From contig CBDCTJ010000007.1 in NCBI GenBank assembly GCA_965222115.1, forward strand, positions 1,568,001 through 1,632,000: a DNA stretch of 64,000 nucleotides. The letters run 5' to 3'. The notes under the pieces are model-generated. The model worked only from the letters and a program-made list of their open reading frames with translations. It did no database searches and was not told the origin of the DNA. A program made the position numbers and the translations under genes. Origin of the DNA: Planctomycetota bacterium (GTDB taxonomy: Bacteria; Planctomycetota; PLA2; JAEUHO01). Shown here piece after piece: positions 28,220 to 36,926 of the stretch (positions within the stretch are counted from its first letter, which is position 1; each line of letters begins with the position of its first letter).

Positions 28220-28927
28220 ATGAAAAATCAACGAGAACCTCGAACAACTCGCACGCTACGCATTGGCGTTGCAGCAGGAGCAGCACTCGCTCTTGCGCTC
28301 CTAACGGTAGCTCCCACGTCTGCTTCGGCGGAAGAGGGTGCGCGCAAGGGCAAGCGCGGACGCGCTGGCAAGTGCCACAAGCGTCCCTTCAAGAAACTTG
28401 ATACGAATGGTGATGGCGTTCTCACGAAAGATGAGGTGCCCGAGCGTGCTTGGAAGCGTCTCGCCAAAGCCGACAAAGACGGCGACGGAAGTGTGAGTCG
28501 CGAGGAAGCGCGCGCGGCCGGCAAGAAGCGCCGTGCCAAACGTGGTAAGCGTGGCAAGCGACGTGCGCGTCGAGGGCACATGCGCCGTCGGCTCAAGCAA
28601 GCCGACACGAATGGCGATGGCGCGATTGGCAAGGACGAAGTATCGGCCGAGGCATGGACACGATTGGCCGCACTGGACACGGACGGCGACCTTGTTGTTA
28701 CCCGTGCAGAAGTTCGCGCCAAGGCGAAGGAACGCGCAGAAGCACGTTTCGCCAAGAAGGATGCGAATGGCGACGGTGCACTGAGCGAAGATGAAGTCGG
28801 CGAGCGGTTGTGGAAGCGCATCGCTCGTGCCGACAGCAATGCCGATGGCGTCGTCACGCTTGACGAGCTCCGTGAGGCCCGCAAGGCCCGTCGTGCGAAG
28901 CGCAAGGCGTCACGCGACGCCAAGTAA
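28220..28927 (+). CDS. Exported EF-hand calcium-binding protein (6 EF-hand loops)
   Basis: DTNGDGVLTKDE, DKDGDGSVSREE, DTNGDGAIGKDE, DTDGDLVVTRAE, DANGDGALSEDE, DSNADGVVTLDE; signal peptide. Confidence 0.9.
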   Translation: MKNQREPRTTRTLRIGVAAGAALALALLTVAPTSASAEEGARKGKRGRAGKCHKRPFKKLDTNGDGVLTKDEVPERAWKRLAKADKDGDGSVSREEARAAGKKRRAKRGKRGKRRARRGHMRRRLKQADTNGDGAIGKDEVSAEAWTRLAALDTDGDLVVTRAEVRAKAKERAEARFAKKDANGDGALSEDEVGERLWKRIARADSNADGVVTLDELREARKARRAKRKASRDAK

Positions 28928-28932
28928 CGCTG

Positions 28933-30180
28933 TTACACGTCTTCTGATTCGACAGGGTTGGATTCGATAGTGACGGGTTCGCTTGATGGTGCCGGTACGG
29001 CGGGTGTGGCCATGCGTGTCATGCCCGCCGCTTCCAGAGCACCCATCTTACGCTCGTAGTCGGCAGCTTCATTCGTTCCGATGAAGGCTTTGGATGCTGC
29101 GTACTGCCGACTCAAGCCAGCCAGCATGTAGTCAGAGGCAACGGCCATCGTGAGTAATAAGTTGGCGCCTGCCAAGACGAAGAAGTTGAGCGCCGAAAGA
29201 AAGTCGATGCCCTCCATGCTAAATACGTAGATCGCTATCAACACGACGCCAAGTCCGCTAAACACCATGGATATAAATCCAGCGGATTGAACGCTACGAA
29301 TCGCTTCATCTTTGCTGTGAACACGAACCAAATCGCGCGCACGGATTAGGTAGATACCCGCACTCAGCAGTAGGCAAAGTAGCCCCAACATGATTGTCCA
29401 CTTGCCCTCAAGCTGAATCATAGTGGAGAACATGATGAGCAGCATCATCATAAAGACTGGCGCCGCCAGCACAGTGACATAGGCGGGCGTTGGGCTTTCG
29501 TGAAACATGGTTTTGAGCATCATCCCCGCTCGCATGAGGCCAGGGAAGATCGACACAAGCTTCGGTGCCAGTGCGAAGAACACTTGTAGACTAAATAGGA
29601 ATGCAAGCGTCTTTGTCATCATCTCTGCTTTCGGACCAAGATGCGTAAAGTCGAGTAGCGAAGACCAGGGAATCACGCACAGTGCGAGAGGCGTAATCAA
29701 GGACACGAAGAAAGCGCTCCGCGCGAGGCGTCTCGAAGCGGCAACGTGGAGCCACTTCCATGCGGCAAGCACAACCAAAATAGCGATCGCCACGGCCGCG
29801 AGTGCGGAAACGACGTTCCATATTTCAAGCGTTGAGAGATTTCCATCTCCGACGTTTGCTACAACATTTCGGCGCACGTGCTCGATTTGTTCGGCCGATA
29901 GTTCTCCGTTTGCACTTTGCTCTTCAACGGCACCGTCTGTCATGATTGACTCGAACGACGAGTAGTTGACGAGCAGAAATATGGCGTGGAGAACAAAGAG
30001 GACGGCCGCTAAGAGAAGGAGTGATCGCCGCCACACGACATAGTCTTGCACGTGGGGCTCTTCGATGGGCGGGTCAAGTTTGCTAAGCGTCGAGCGTTCC
30101 CCGTCCACCGCCATGGGCGTAAAGAATTCGCCTTGCGTCACTCGCCGAATTGCCAATTCGAAGTCCTTTCCGGAAGCCAT
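28933..30180 (-). CDS. Polytopic membrane protein of unknown function
   Basis: About 8 hydrophobic helices in a 415-aa ORF. Confidence 0.75.
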   Translation of the reverse strand: MASGKDFELAIRRVTQGEFFTPMAVDGERSTLSKLDPPIEEPHVQDYVVWRRSLLLLAAVLFVLHAIFLLVNYSSFESIMTDGAVEEQSANGELSAEQIEHVRRNVVANVGDGNLSTLEIWNVVSALAAVAIAILVVLAAWKWLHVAASRRLARSAFFVSLITPLALCVIPWSSLLDFTHLGPKAEMMTKTLAFLFSLQVFFALAPKLVSIFPGLMRAGMMLKTMFHESPTPAYVTVLAAPVFMMMLLIMFSTMIQLEGKWTIMLGLLCLLLSAGIYLIRARDLVRVHSKDEAIRSVQSAGFISMVFSGLGVVLIAIYVFSMEGIDFLSALNFFVLAGANLLLTMAVASDYMLAGLSRQYAASKAFIGTNEAADYERKMGALEAAGMTRMATPAVPAPSSEPVTIESNPVESEDV

Positions 30181-30238
30181 AGCTAGTTACCCTTCGCCAA
30201 CGAAACGCTGCGCACATGTCTACGCATCGACCGTGAGT

Positions 30239-30931
30239 TTACTTGGGGCCGTTCACGGGACGCATCGCAATCATCCGCATCATGCTGGGGGGCAGCCCGT
30301 CATCATCGTTTTCGATAGTGAAGTGCTCGCGTGCGATGGTTGTCAAATCTCCCAGCCCCGAGAGCTCATCGGGATGAAGCGGCCATGGTGGACCCTCTGG
30401 AGGCGCAACATCGGCACGTACGCGTGTGGCCAATGCGAGATAGCCGCCGGGTGAGAGCAGTGAACGAACGCAAGCCACGGCGCGCTCTCGCATACCCACC
30501 GGTATAGCCTGCAACGTATAGACCTCGAACACCAGGTCGAAGGCGCCGGCCCATGCATCGGGAAGTTCGAACAGGTCTTCAACCCGGTAGTTGACCTGTG
30601 AATCGGGAAAGCGCTCACGGCACCAATCGATGGCCGTAGCAGATACATCGAATGCGGTCACCGACCAGCCGTGTGCCGCAAGGTGTTCGGCATCGTCGCC
30701 GAGTCCGCAGCCAATCACGATGGCTTCGCCGGGCGCAACGCCTTCGAGTTGCTCAAATATCCAGGGAAATAGATGCCGACTTGGGCCCAAGTCAGCCCAC
30801 GGAATCCCATCGGGATTGCCGTTTGCCCTAGCATAGAGTTCCTCAAACCATCCCAGCGCGTCATCCTCGGCGATGGCGCGATGGGCGAGATCGCGTGCCT
30901 CGTTGCGGGCGGGGTCGTGTTCGTCTGCCAC
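30239..30931 (-). CDS. Class I SAM-dependent methyltransferase (thiopurine S-methyltransferase-like)
   Basis: IVIGCGLGDDA, AFDVS, FDLVFEVYTLQ, GPPWPL. Confidence 0.88.
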   Translation of the reverse strand: MADEHDPARNEARDLAHRAIAEDDALGWFEELYARANGNPDGIPWADLGPSRHLFPWIFEQLEGVAPGEAIVIGCGLGDDAEHLAAHGWSVTAFDVSATAIDWCRERFPDSQVNYRVEDLFELPDAWAGAFDLVFEVYTLQAIPVGMRERAVACVRSLLSPGGYLALATRVRADVAPPEGPPWPLHPDELSGLGDLTTIAREHFTIENDDDGLPPSMMRMIAMRPVNGPK

Positions 30932-33609
30932 TACTTAGATTCGTCCTTCGGTTCTTGAAATAGCACATCAATGTCACTGCGCCCGCGCAGCGACTCGAAT
31001 GCGGGGTCGACGCGCGCAGTCTCTCGCAAGTCGGGGCTCTCGGTGAGCGCGCGCACCACGTGGTCGCCTGCTGCGCCCTTCTTGTTTAGCCCAATTAGCG
31101 CCTTTGCTAGTGCCAAGCGTGCTCCGCCGTTGGTCGGATCTTCTTCAACGACCTTTGCAAGCAGGCGTTCGGCTTGTTGCCACTGCTTCGCGGCCAACAT
31201 CTCCGCGCCCAGCAGCATGTGCCCCTGATGGAAGTAGTTGCGCGCCAACTTGGCGTCGAAGCGTGCCGCGGCCTTGGCCGCCGAGATCAGCCAGTCGGCG
31301 CGCTTCGCACTCGGCACCACCGATTGTCCGCGGTCATCCGTTATCGTTGTGAGCACAAGCAGTGCGCGCCACCACGCCACGCTCCGCCGAAAGCGTCGTT
31401 CTTTGCTCAGTTCCGTTGCTCGAGAGGCTACGCGATCCGGATGAAACCACCCGGCCAATGACAATGCCGCCAGTCGAATGGTTGCAGCCCGAAAGGCGCG
31501 ATCTGCCCCTTGGGTATCGAGCTTGGGCCTCTCGATGGACACCTCTTTGCGTGCTGCTTCGATGCGCGCTTCGCCGATATCAAGGAAGCGTGTAGCCTCG
31601 CGCTCTATACTCCCGCACACGCGTCGGTCTTTCTCAAGACCCAGTTGCAAAATGCCCGCCAGCATGGGTTCCGAGGCCCGCCCCTCGGTTTCTGCCAATC
31701 GAAACGACTCAACGACGATCTCGGTGGGGGCGTCGGGACTCTCGACGCCGAGTCGTTTGAGGGCCTCGCGTAGGCGTCCGCCCGCCTTCTCTACATTCTC
31801 CTTTCCACCGCTGCGGCGCAACTGGCGTGCGTCCGCCACGAGGTTTTCAAATCGCTCGGGCGCAAGGGCGCGCGCACGGTTGTACGCCATCAAAACGTCT
31901 GCCGATGGGTTCGCTTCGGGTGGATCGCCCGGTACGGGTTCCGGCCCGAGTTCAAGATGGGCAAGTCGAATCGCAACGTCGAAACGCGTGGGGTCGTGTT
32001 CTCGTGCTTCGCGAAGCACGTTCTTTGCATCTTCGCGACGACCCAAAATTGACAACACCTCCGATCGGTCCAGGCGCGCTTCCGTTCTACCTGAATCGAA
32101 TTGTGTGGCCCGGCGAAAGGCCGCGTTGGCCTTGTCGAGTTCTGCGATTCGAGCAAAGGAAACGCCGCGAATGTAGTGTGCTTCTGCATTGTCGTTTCGC
32201 GCCGCAAGCGCCTGATCGGCGCGTGCAATCCGCCGCCGTTCAATGTCGGCATAATCTTTGGACAACGTGTCGTCGTCGTGCGGCCCGCCGGTTTGACGGG
32301 CGAGCATGACGTACCGATCGGAAACCATGTCTCGCTGGAGATGCCAGCCAACAAAGAACATTGCCGCCGCGGTACCCAACCAAAGTAGTCGTGGCGGAAA
32401 TGGACAGTCCATCTCGCGATCGGGGTTACGCGTCCCCAGTCCAATCGCAACGGCTGCGCAAAGCGCGGGGGCCGGATCAATAAAGACGCCTTCGGAAAGT
32501 GCAGCAGCGGCTAACGCGGCGAATGAACCAGTTGAAGCCACGCGAATCAATCTGCCGCCCGGCGACTTGGCGCCGTCCACGGCTTGTAGGAATCGAATCA
32601 ACGCGATTACGACAAACAAGACGAGCGCAAGACCCGCCAACACGCCGCCTTCAGTAGCAACATGCATGTAGTCATTGTGCGCGTGAGTTGGGCGACGTCC
32701 CGTTTCAAGGCGTGCTTCATTGAGATCTCGTACACGCAACACTTCTGGGGCGAATGATCCTAGGCCATGACCTGTAACGGGCGCCTCCGAAATCAGCCGC
32801 GAACTCGCTCGCGCCAGTCCCGTTCGTACGTCCAACGTGTCGGTATCACCGGGAACCGGAATCTTGTGTAGGAACGCGAGCGTAGCAAGTACGCCTACCG
32901 CGACGCCGAATCCCAAGACGGGTAGCCTCAATCGCTTTCGCAGGGACGGTGCGGCCATGGCGAAGAGCAATACGACGAATCCAATACACGTCGCCAGCCA
33001 CGCTGTTCGACTACCTGTGGCGATGAGTGCCAGTAGCAGTGGGAGCAAAAACAGCGCGCGTGTGAGTTGACGGCCCGGCGCGAACGCCATGGCCCATGGC
33101 ATGAAGCTCGCGATCACAACGCCGGCAACACCCGGACGTCCAAACGGACCTACGGGGGAGCGACCGCGTATTCCATCCGAGAAAATCCACGCGGCTGCTA
33201 CAACGCCCGCAAGCATCCAGATGCGCATGACGGCTGCGGCGTGCAGATCGCGCCGTATCAACTGCAGCAAGAGCCACGCCTGAATCGCAAGGGCGATCCA
33301 AACATATCCGTGTCGAATGGCGGCGGCGGCGGATTGCGGTCCCGCGAGCAGGCCTAGCAGCGCGACGAGAATCGGAAATGCGAGCCAAAATTGCCGACAA
33401 CAACTTCCGTGTGACGGCAACAGTCGAAAGGCGACGATGCTGGTCGTGATGAGCAGCGCAAGGCTCCATACGAATCCGCGCAGGACATAGCCACTCGTAA
33501 AGAAACCCGGTAGACCAACAAGGAGCACGAACGCAACTGCGAATCCAAGCCACGTGGGAAGCTTTGTATGGACATCCGCGCTCTCGTCGTAGTCGGCCAC
33601 GTCGTTCAT
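30931..33609 (-). CDS. O-antigen ligase/Wzy_C-family membrane protein with C-terminal TPR domain
   Basis: Multiple TM helices, TGSRTAWL, GHGLGSF, HAHNDYMH; TPR repeats in the C-terminal half. Start uncertain (33609 or 33639). Confidence 0.82.
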   Translation of the reverse strand: MNDVADYDESADVHTKLPTWLGFAVAFVLLVGLPGFFTSGYVLRGFVWSLALLITTSIVAFRLLPSHGSCCRQFWLAFPILVALLGLLAGPQSAAAAIRHGYVWIALAIQAWLLLQLIRRDLHAAAVMRIWMLAGVVAAAWIFSDGIRGRSPVGPFGRPGVAGVVIASFMPWAMAFAPGRQLTRALFLLPLLLALIATGSRTAWLATCIGFVVLLFAMAAPSLRKRLRLPVLGFGVAVGVLATLAFLHKIPVPGDTDTLDVRTGLARASSRLISEAPVTGHGLGSFAPEVLRVRDLNEARLETGRRPTHAHNDYMHVATEGGVLAGLALVLFVVIALIRFLQAVDGAKSPGGRLIRVASTGSFAALAAAALSEGVFIDPAPALCAAVAIGLGTRNPDREMDCPFPPRLLWLGTAAAMFFVGWHLQRDMVSDRYVMLARQTGGPHDDDTLSKDYADIERRRIARADQALAARNDNAEAHYIRGVSFARIAELDKANAAFRRATQFDSGRTEARLDRSEVLSILGRREDAKNVLREAREHDPTRFDVAIRLAHLELGPEPVPGDPPEANPSADVLMAYNRARALAPERFENLVADARQLRRSGGKENVEKAGGRLREALKRLGVESPDAPTEIVVESFRLAETEGRASEPMLAGILQLGLEKDRRVCGSIEREATRFLDIGEARIEAARKEVSIERPKLDTQGADRAFRAATIRLAALSLAGWFHPDRVASRATELSKERRFRRSVAWWRALLVLTTITDDRGQSVVPSAKRADWLISAAKAAARFDAKLARNYFHQGHMLLGAEMLAAKQWQQAERLLAKVVEEDPTNGGARLALAKALIGLNKKGAAGDHVVRALTESPDLRETARVDPAFESLRGRSDIDVLFQEPKDESK

Positions 33610-33659
33610 GCCCGGCGCGAAACTCCTCGAATGGTTCAATCTGACTATAGAGGTTGAAA

Positions 33660-34571
33660 CTACTCGAACATTGCTTCGGCAAACGCGTCCGGATCGAACG
33701 GTTCAATATCGTCGATCCCTTCTCCCAGGCCGATGAACTTGACGGGGAGGCGTATCGTGTCGCCAATCGCCAGGACGGCGCCGCCCTTTGCGGTGCCATC
33801 GAGCTTCGTGATAAAGAGCCCCGTGACATTGGCGATGCCGTGAAAGAGCTCGGCTTGGCGGACGGCGTTTTGTCCTGTGGTGGCGTCAAGTACGAGCAAC
33901 ACTTCATGCGGGGCACCGGGAATCGCTTTCCCGGCCACGCGTCGAATTTTGCCGAGTTCCTGCATGAGGTTGTCTTGGGTATGCAGGCGCCCCGCCGTGT
34001 CGATAATCACATAGTCCGCATTGCGTGCCGTGCCCGCTTGGCAGGCATCAAAAGCAACCGCCGCAGGATCCGAACCGGTGGACTGCTTCACAATATCCAC
34101 GTTATTGCGCTCGCTCCAAATGGTGAGTTGCTCAACGGCGGCTGCGCGAAAGGTATCGGCGGCGCCAAGCACGACTTTGTTCCCCTGTTGACTCAGATAG
34201 CGCGTGAGTTTTCCAATTGACGTTGTCTTGCCCGCGCCATTGACGCCGCACACCAGGACAACCGTGGGCGAGTCATCGCTCCTGGCCAACTCGGTACCCT
34301 GCGAACGAAGTCGATCGGCGACGACCTTCTTGAGAAATCCTCGCACATCGTCGGCCGTTTTCAGGCGTCCCGCCTTTGCGCCTGCACGCACGTCATCGAG
34401 CAGCGTTGCGGTGGCCTGTGGGCCAACGTCGGATAGCAGTAAGACCTCTTCGAGCTCTTCGAGCAGTTTCTCGTCAACGGCGCGCCCTAGGGTCAATACG
34501 GTTTTCAGACCGCCCGAGAGCTTGCTGCGCGTCTTGCTCAGGCCCTTCTTGAACTTGCTAAACACACCCAT
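33660..34571 (-). CDS. ftsY: SRP receptor FtsY
   Basis: GVNGAGKTTSIGKL, DTFRAAA, DTAGRL, TKLDGTAKGG. Confidence 0.97.
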   Translation of the reverse strand: MGVFSKFKKGLSKTRSKLSGGLKTVLTLGRAVDEKLLEELEEVLLLSDVGPQATATLLDDVRAGAKAGRLKTADDVRGFLKKVVADRLRSQGTELARSDDSPTVVLVCGVNGAGKTTSIGKLTRYLSQQGNKVVLGAADTFRAAAVEQLTIWSERNNVDIVKQSTGSDPAAVAFDACQAGTARNADYVIIDTAGRLHTQDNLMQELGKIRRVAGKAIPGAPHEVLLVLDATTGQNAVRQAELFHGIANVTGLFITKLDGTAKGGAVLAIGDTIRLPVKFIGLGEGIDDIEPFDPDAFAEAMFE

Positions 34572-34618
34572 GGCCGTGCCACCCTATATCGTTGGAAACC
34601 GAAGCGAAACGATCCAGC

Positions 34619-35041
34619 TCACGATAGACCTCGATCTTTTCGAATCCGATCCAATATGCCGTTGATGAACGCACCCGACGCTTCGGATGAAAACTTCTTG
34701 CCCAAATTGATGGCTTCGTTGATGGCGACGCGCGTGGGAATGCTCTCATCGAATAGCATTTCGTAGCAGCCGATGCGCAGCGCATTGCGGTCCACCGCCG
34801 CCATACGGGCCACGCTCCAGTTGGATGCTGCCGACGCCAAGACCTTGTCGAGTTCGTCGCGGCGCTCATATACACCTTCCACCAGGGAGCGCGCGTAGCG
34901 CTTGGCTTCGTCCTCGCCCGAGCGGTCGCGCAGGTTTTCGTCGAGGAAGGCCTCCAACTCAAAGAGGTAGCCCTCGCCGTGGAAGTCGAGCTGAAAAAGA
35001 AACTGAAGCGCAAGTTCTCGCGCGTGGGTCCGGATGCGCAT
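34619..35041 (-). CDS. nusB: Transcription antitermination factor NusB
   Basis: RTHARELALQFLFQ, DRNALRIG, VAINEAI, FINGILD. Confidence 0.96.
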   Translation of the reverse strand: MRIRTHARELALQFLFQLDFHGEGYLFELEAFLDENLRDRSGEDEAKRYARSLVEGVYERRDELDKVLASAASNWSVARMAAVDRNALRIGCYEMLFDESIPTRVAINEAINLGKKFSSEASGAFINGILDRIRKDRGLS

Positions 35042-35053
35042 CGGATGAGCCTG

Positions 35054-35578
35054 CTACGTGGCCCGACGCTTGCGTTCGAGGTCGCGGTACAGCTTGATCA
35101 TGTCGAGCGCCGCTTCCATGGCCTCCACGCCTTTGTTGCCGCCTTTGCCGCCTTTGCCGCGCTTGTCCGACGAACGCGCTTCGGCTTGGGCCAACGTCTC
35201 GGCCGTGATCACGCCGAGCCCCACCGGTATGCCCGACTCGCTCGCCACGCGCGAAAGGCCGTCAACGCATGCACGTGCCACGTGATCGAAATGCGATGTC
35301 TCGCCGCGCACAATGCAGCCCAGGGCAACCACGGCGTCTACGCCTTCTCCACGTGCAAGCCAGCCGGCGGCTTGAGGAAGTTCAAACGCTCCCGGCACTT
35401 CCGCGCGAATGAATTGTGACTCGGTGATGCCCGCAGCCAACGCAGTCGCAACGGCAGCCGCTTCCAAACGCTTCGTAATCTCGGGATACCAACGCGACAC
35501 GACAATACCGATGTGTGTGTTGGCCCATTCGTGCGCGGCGTCGCGGGGTTCAGACGTGGCGGGTTGGAAAGGGGGCAT
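35054..35578 (-). CDS. ribH: 6,7-dimethyl-8-ribityllumazine synthase
   Basis: VPGAFELP, LGCIVRGETSHFDHV, NKGVEA; upstream of nusB. Confidence 0.95.
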   Translation of the reverse strand: MPPFQPATSEPRDAAHEWANTHIGIVVSRWYPEITKRLEAAAVATALAAGITESQFIRAEVPGAFELPQAAGWLARGEGVDAVVALGCIVRGETSHFDHVARACVDGLSRVASESGIPVGLGVITAETLAQAEARSSDKRGKGGKGGNKGVEAMEAALDMIKLYRDLERKRRAT

Positions 35579-35684
35579 GACACCTCGTCGGGCTACATGG
35601 GAAAGAACGGCGATCCACGGAATGCTACCCACGACGAAGCGACCCGGAGCAAGGAACGCACGCCACTTCCGCTACTATTCCTCG

Positions 35685-36926
35685 ATGATCTTGTTTGACG
35701 AGGCCATCGCGCGGATTGCATCCGCCTTCCCACGGCGAGTCGCCGCCACCGAACGCGTTGACCTCGCCGATGCCTCGGGACGCGTGTTGGCCGAGTCCAT
35801 CACCATGGATGCTGACATGCCGCCGTTTCGGCGCTCCACCATGGACGGGTTTGCGATACGTATCTCGGATCGCCGTGTGGGCGCTACGCTCGATGTCGAC
35901 GGGCGGATCACCGCGGGCGAAAACGTCAACGCGGCACTTACTCCCGGCCACGCCATTCGGGTGATGACGGGTGCGCCCGTCCCCGCCGAAGCCGAAGACG
36001 TGATTCCATTTGAGTGGACCAACGCATCGTCTACGGCGGGCCGCGTCGGTGAGCACGTGCGGATTGAACGTCTTCCGCGGGATGGTGCCAATATTGTCGA
36101 GCGCGGGTCGTTTTATAAAGCGGGCGCTGAAATCTTGACGCCGGGAACGAGTTTACGCGCAGCACATATGGGGATGTTGGCTTCTGTGGGACGTTCACAG
36201 ATTGACGTGTACGTGCGTCCGCGTGTTTCTATTCTTCCGACGGGCAACGAACTCATTCCCATCGATCAGCCGCCTGTGCCGGGCAAGATCCGAAACTCCA
36301 ATGCGTATGCGCTGCGTGCTCAGGTTACGCGTGAGGGCGCCATCGCCTCGGCGAGCGACCCTGTGGGTGACGATCGCGAGGCCTTGATTCGTGCAATACG
36401 TGCTGGTCTCGACAGCGAACTCTTGTTGCTGAGTGGCGGCGTGAGCAAAGGGGACTTGGACTTGGTCCCAAGCGCGCTCGAAGCGGCGGGTGTTCGATGT
36501 CTATTCCACGGCTGGGCACTTCAACCGGGCGGACCGATGTGGTGTGGTGTTACCGACACGACGCTGGTGTTGGGGTTGCCCGGCAATCCCGCGGCGACAT
36601 TCGTGGGCTTCGAACTGCTTGGCGTTCCAGCCCTCCGTGCGTGGATGGGTGCGCCGTTCTGTGCGCGCAAGACGCTCTCGTGTCGGCATCAACTGGAGGA
36701 CATTGGCATGTCGGCCCGTCGTCGGATTCGTCCCGTGCGCTTGATGGCCCGCGCTGCGAGGGGGCTGGAGGCTGTGCCGCTCCGGTGGCACGGCAGTGGT
36801 GACCCGCTCGCGTTTGGGGACGCAGACGCCCTGGCCGTCCTGCCTGCAAACACACCCCTCGGTGACCGGGTGGACGTCATTGTGCTCGGCCCCATGTCGG
36901 TCGATTCGATGGAGCAAGCCTCGTGA
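35685..36926 (+). CDS. moeA: Molybdopterin molybdotransferase
   Basis: PPFRRSTMDGFA, MTGAPVP, TGNEL, SGGVSKGDLD, GLPGNP. Confidence 0.95.
   Translation: MILFDEAIARIASAFPRRVAATERVDLADASGRVLAESITMDADMPPFRRSTMDGFAIRISDRRVGATLDVDGRITAGENVNAALTPGHAIRVMTGAPVPAEAEDVIPFEWTNASSTAGRVGEHVRIERLPRDGANIVERGSFYKAGAEILTPGTSLRAAHMGMLASVGRSQIDVYVRPRVSILPTGNELIPIDQPPVPGKIRNSNAYALRAQVTREGAIASASDPVGDDREALIRAIRAGLDSELLLLSGGVSKGDLDLVPSALEAAGVRCLFHGWALQPGGPMWCGVTDTTLVLGLPGNPAATFVGFELLGVPALRAWMGAPFCARKTLSCRHQLEDIGMSARRRIRPVRLMARAARGLEAVPLRWHGSGDPLAFGDADALAVLPANTPLGDRVDVIVLGPMSVDSMEQAS

Noticed and set aside
28228-28923. 231-aa ORF antisense to the EF-hand gene, and many similar long antisense ORFs (e.g. 31478-32176, 40769-41521, 44253-45197)
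   Set aside because: Shadow frames of high-GC coding sequence; no motifs, and they fully overlap well-supported genes.
35579-35684. FMN or Moco riboswitch between divergent ribH and moeA
   Set aside because: The gap is only ~105 bp and lacks recognisable consensus elements.
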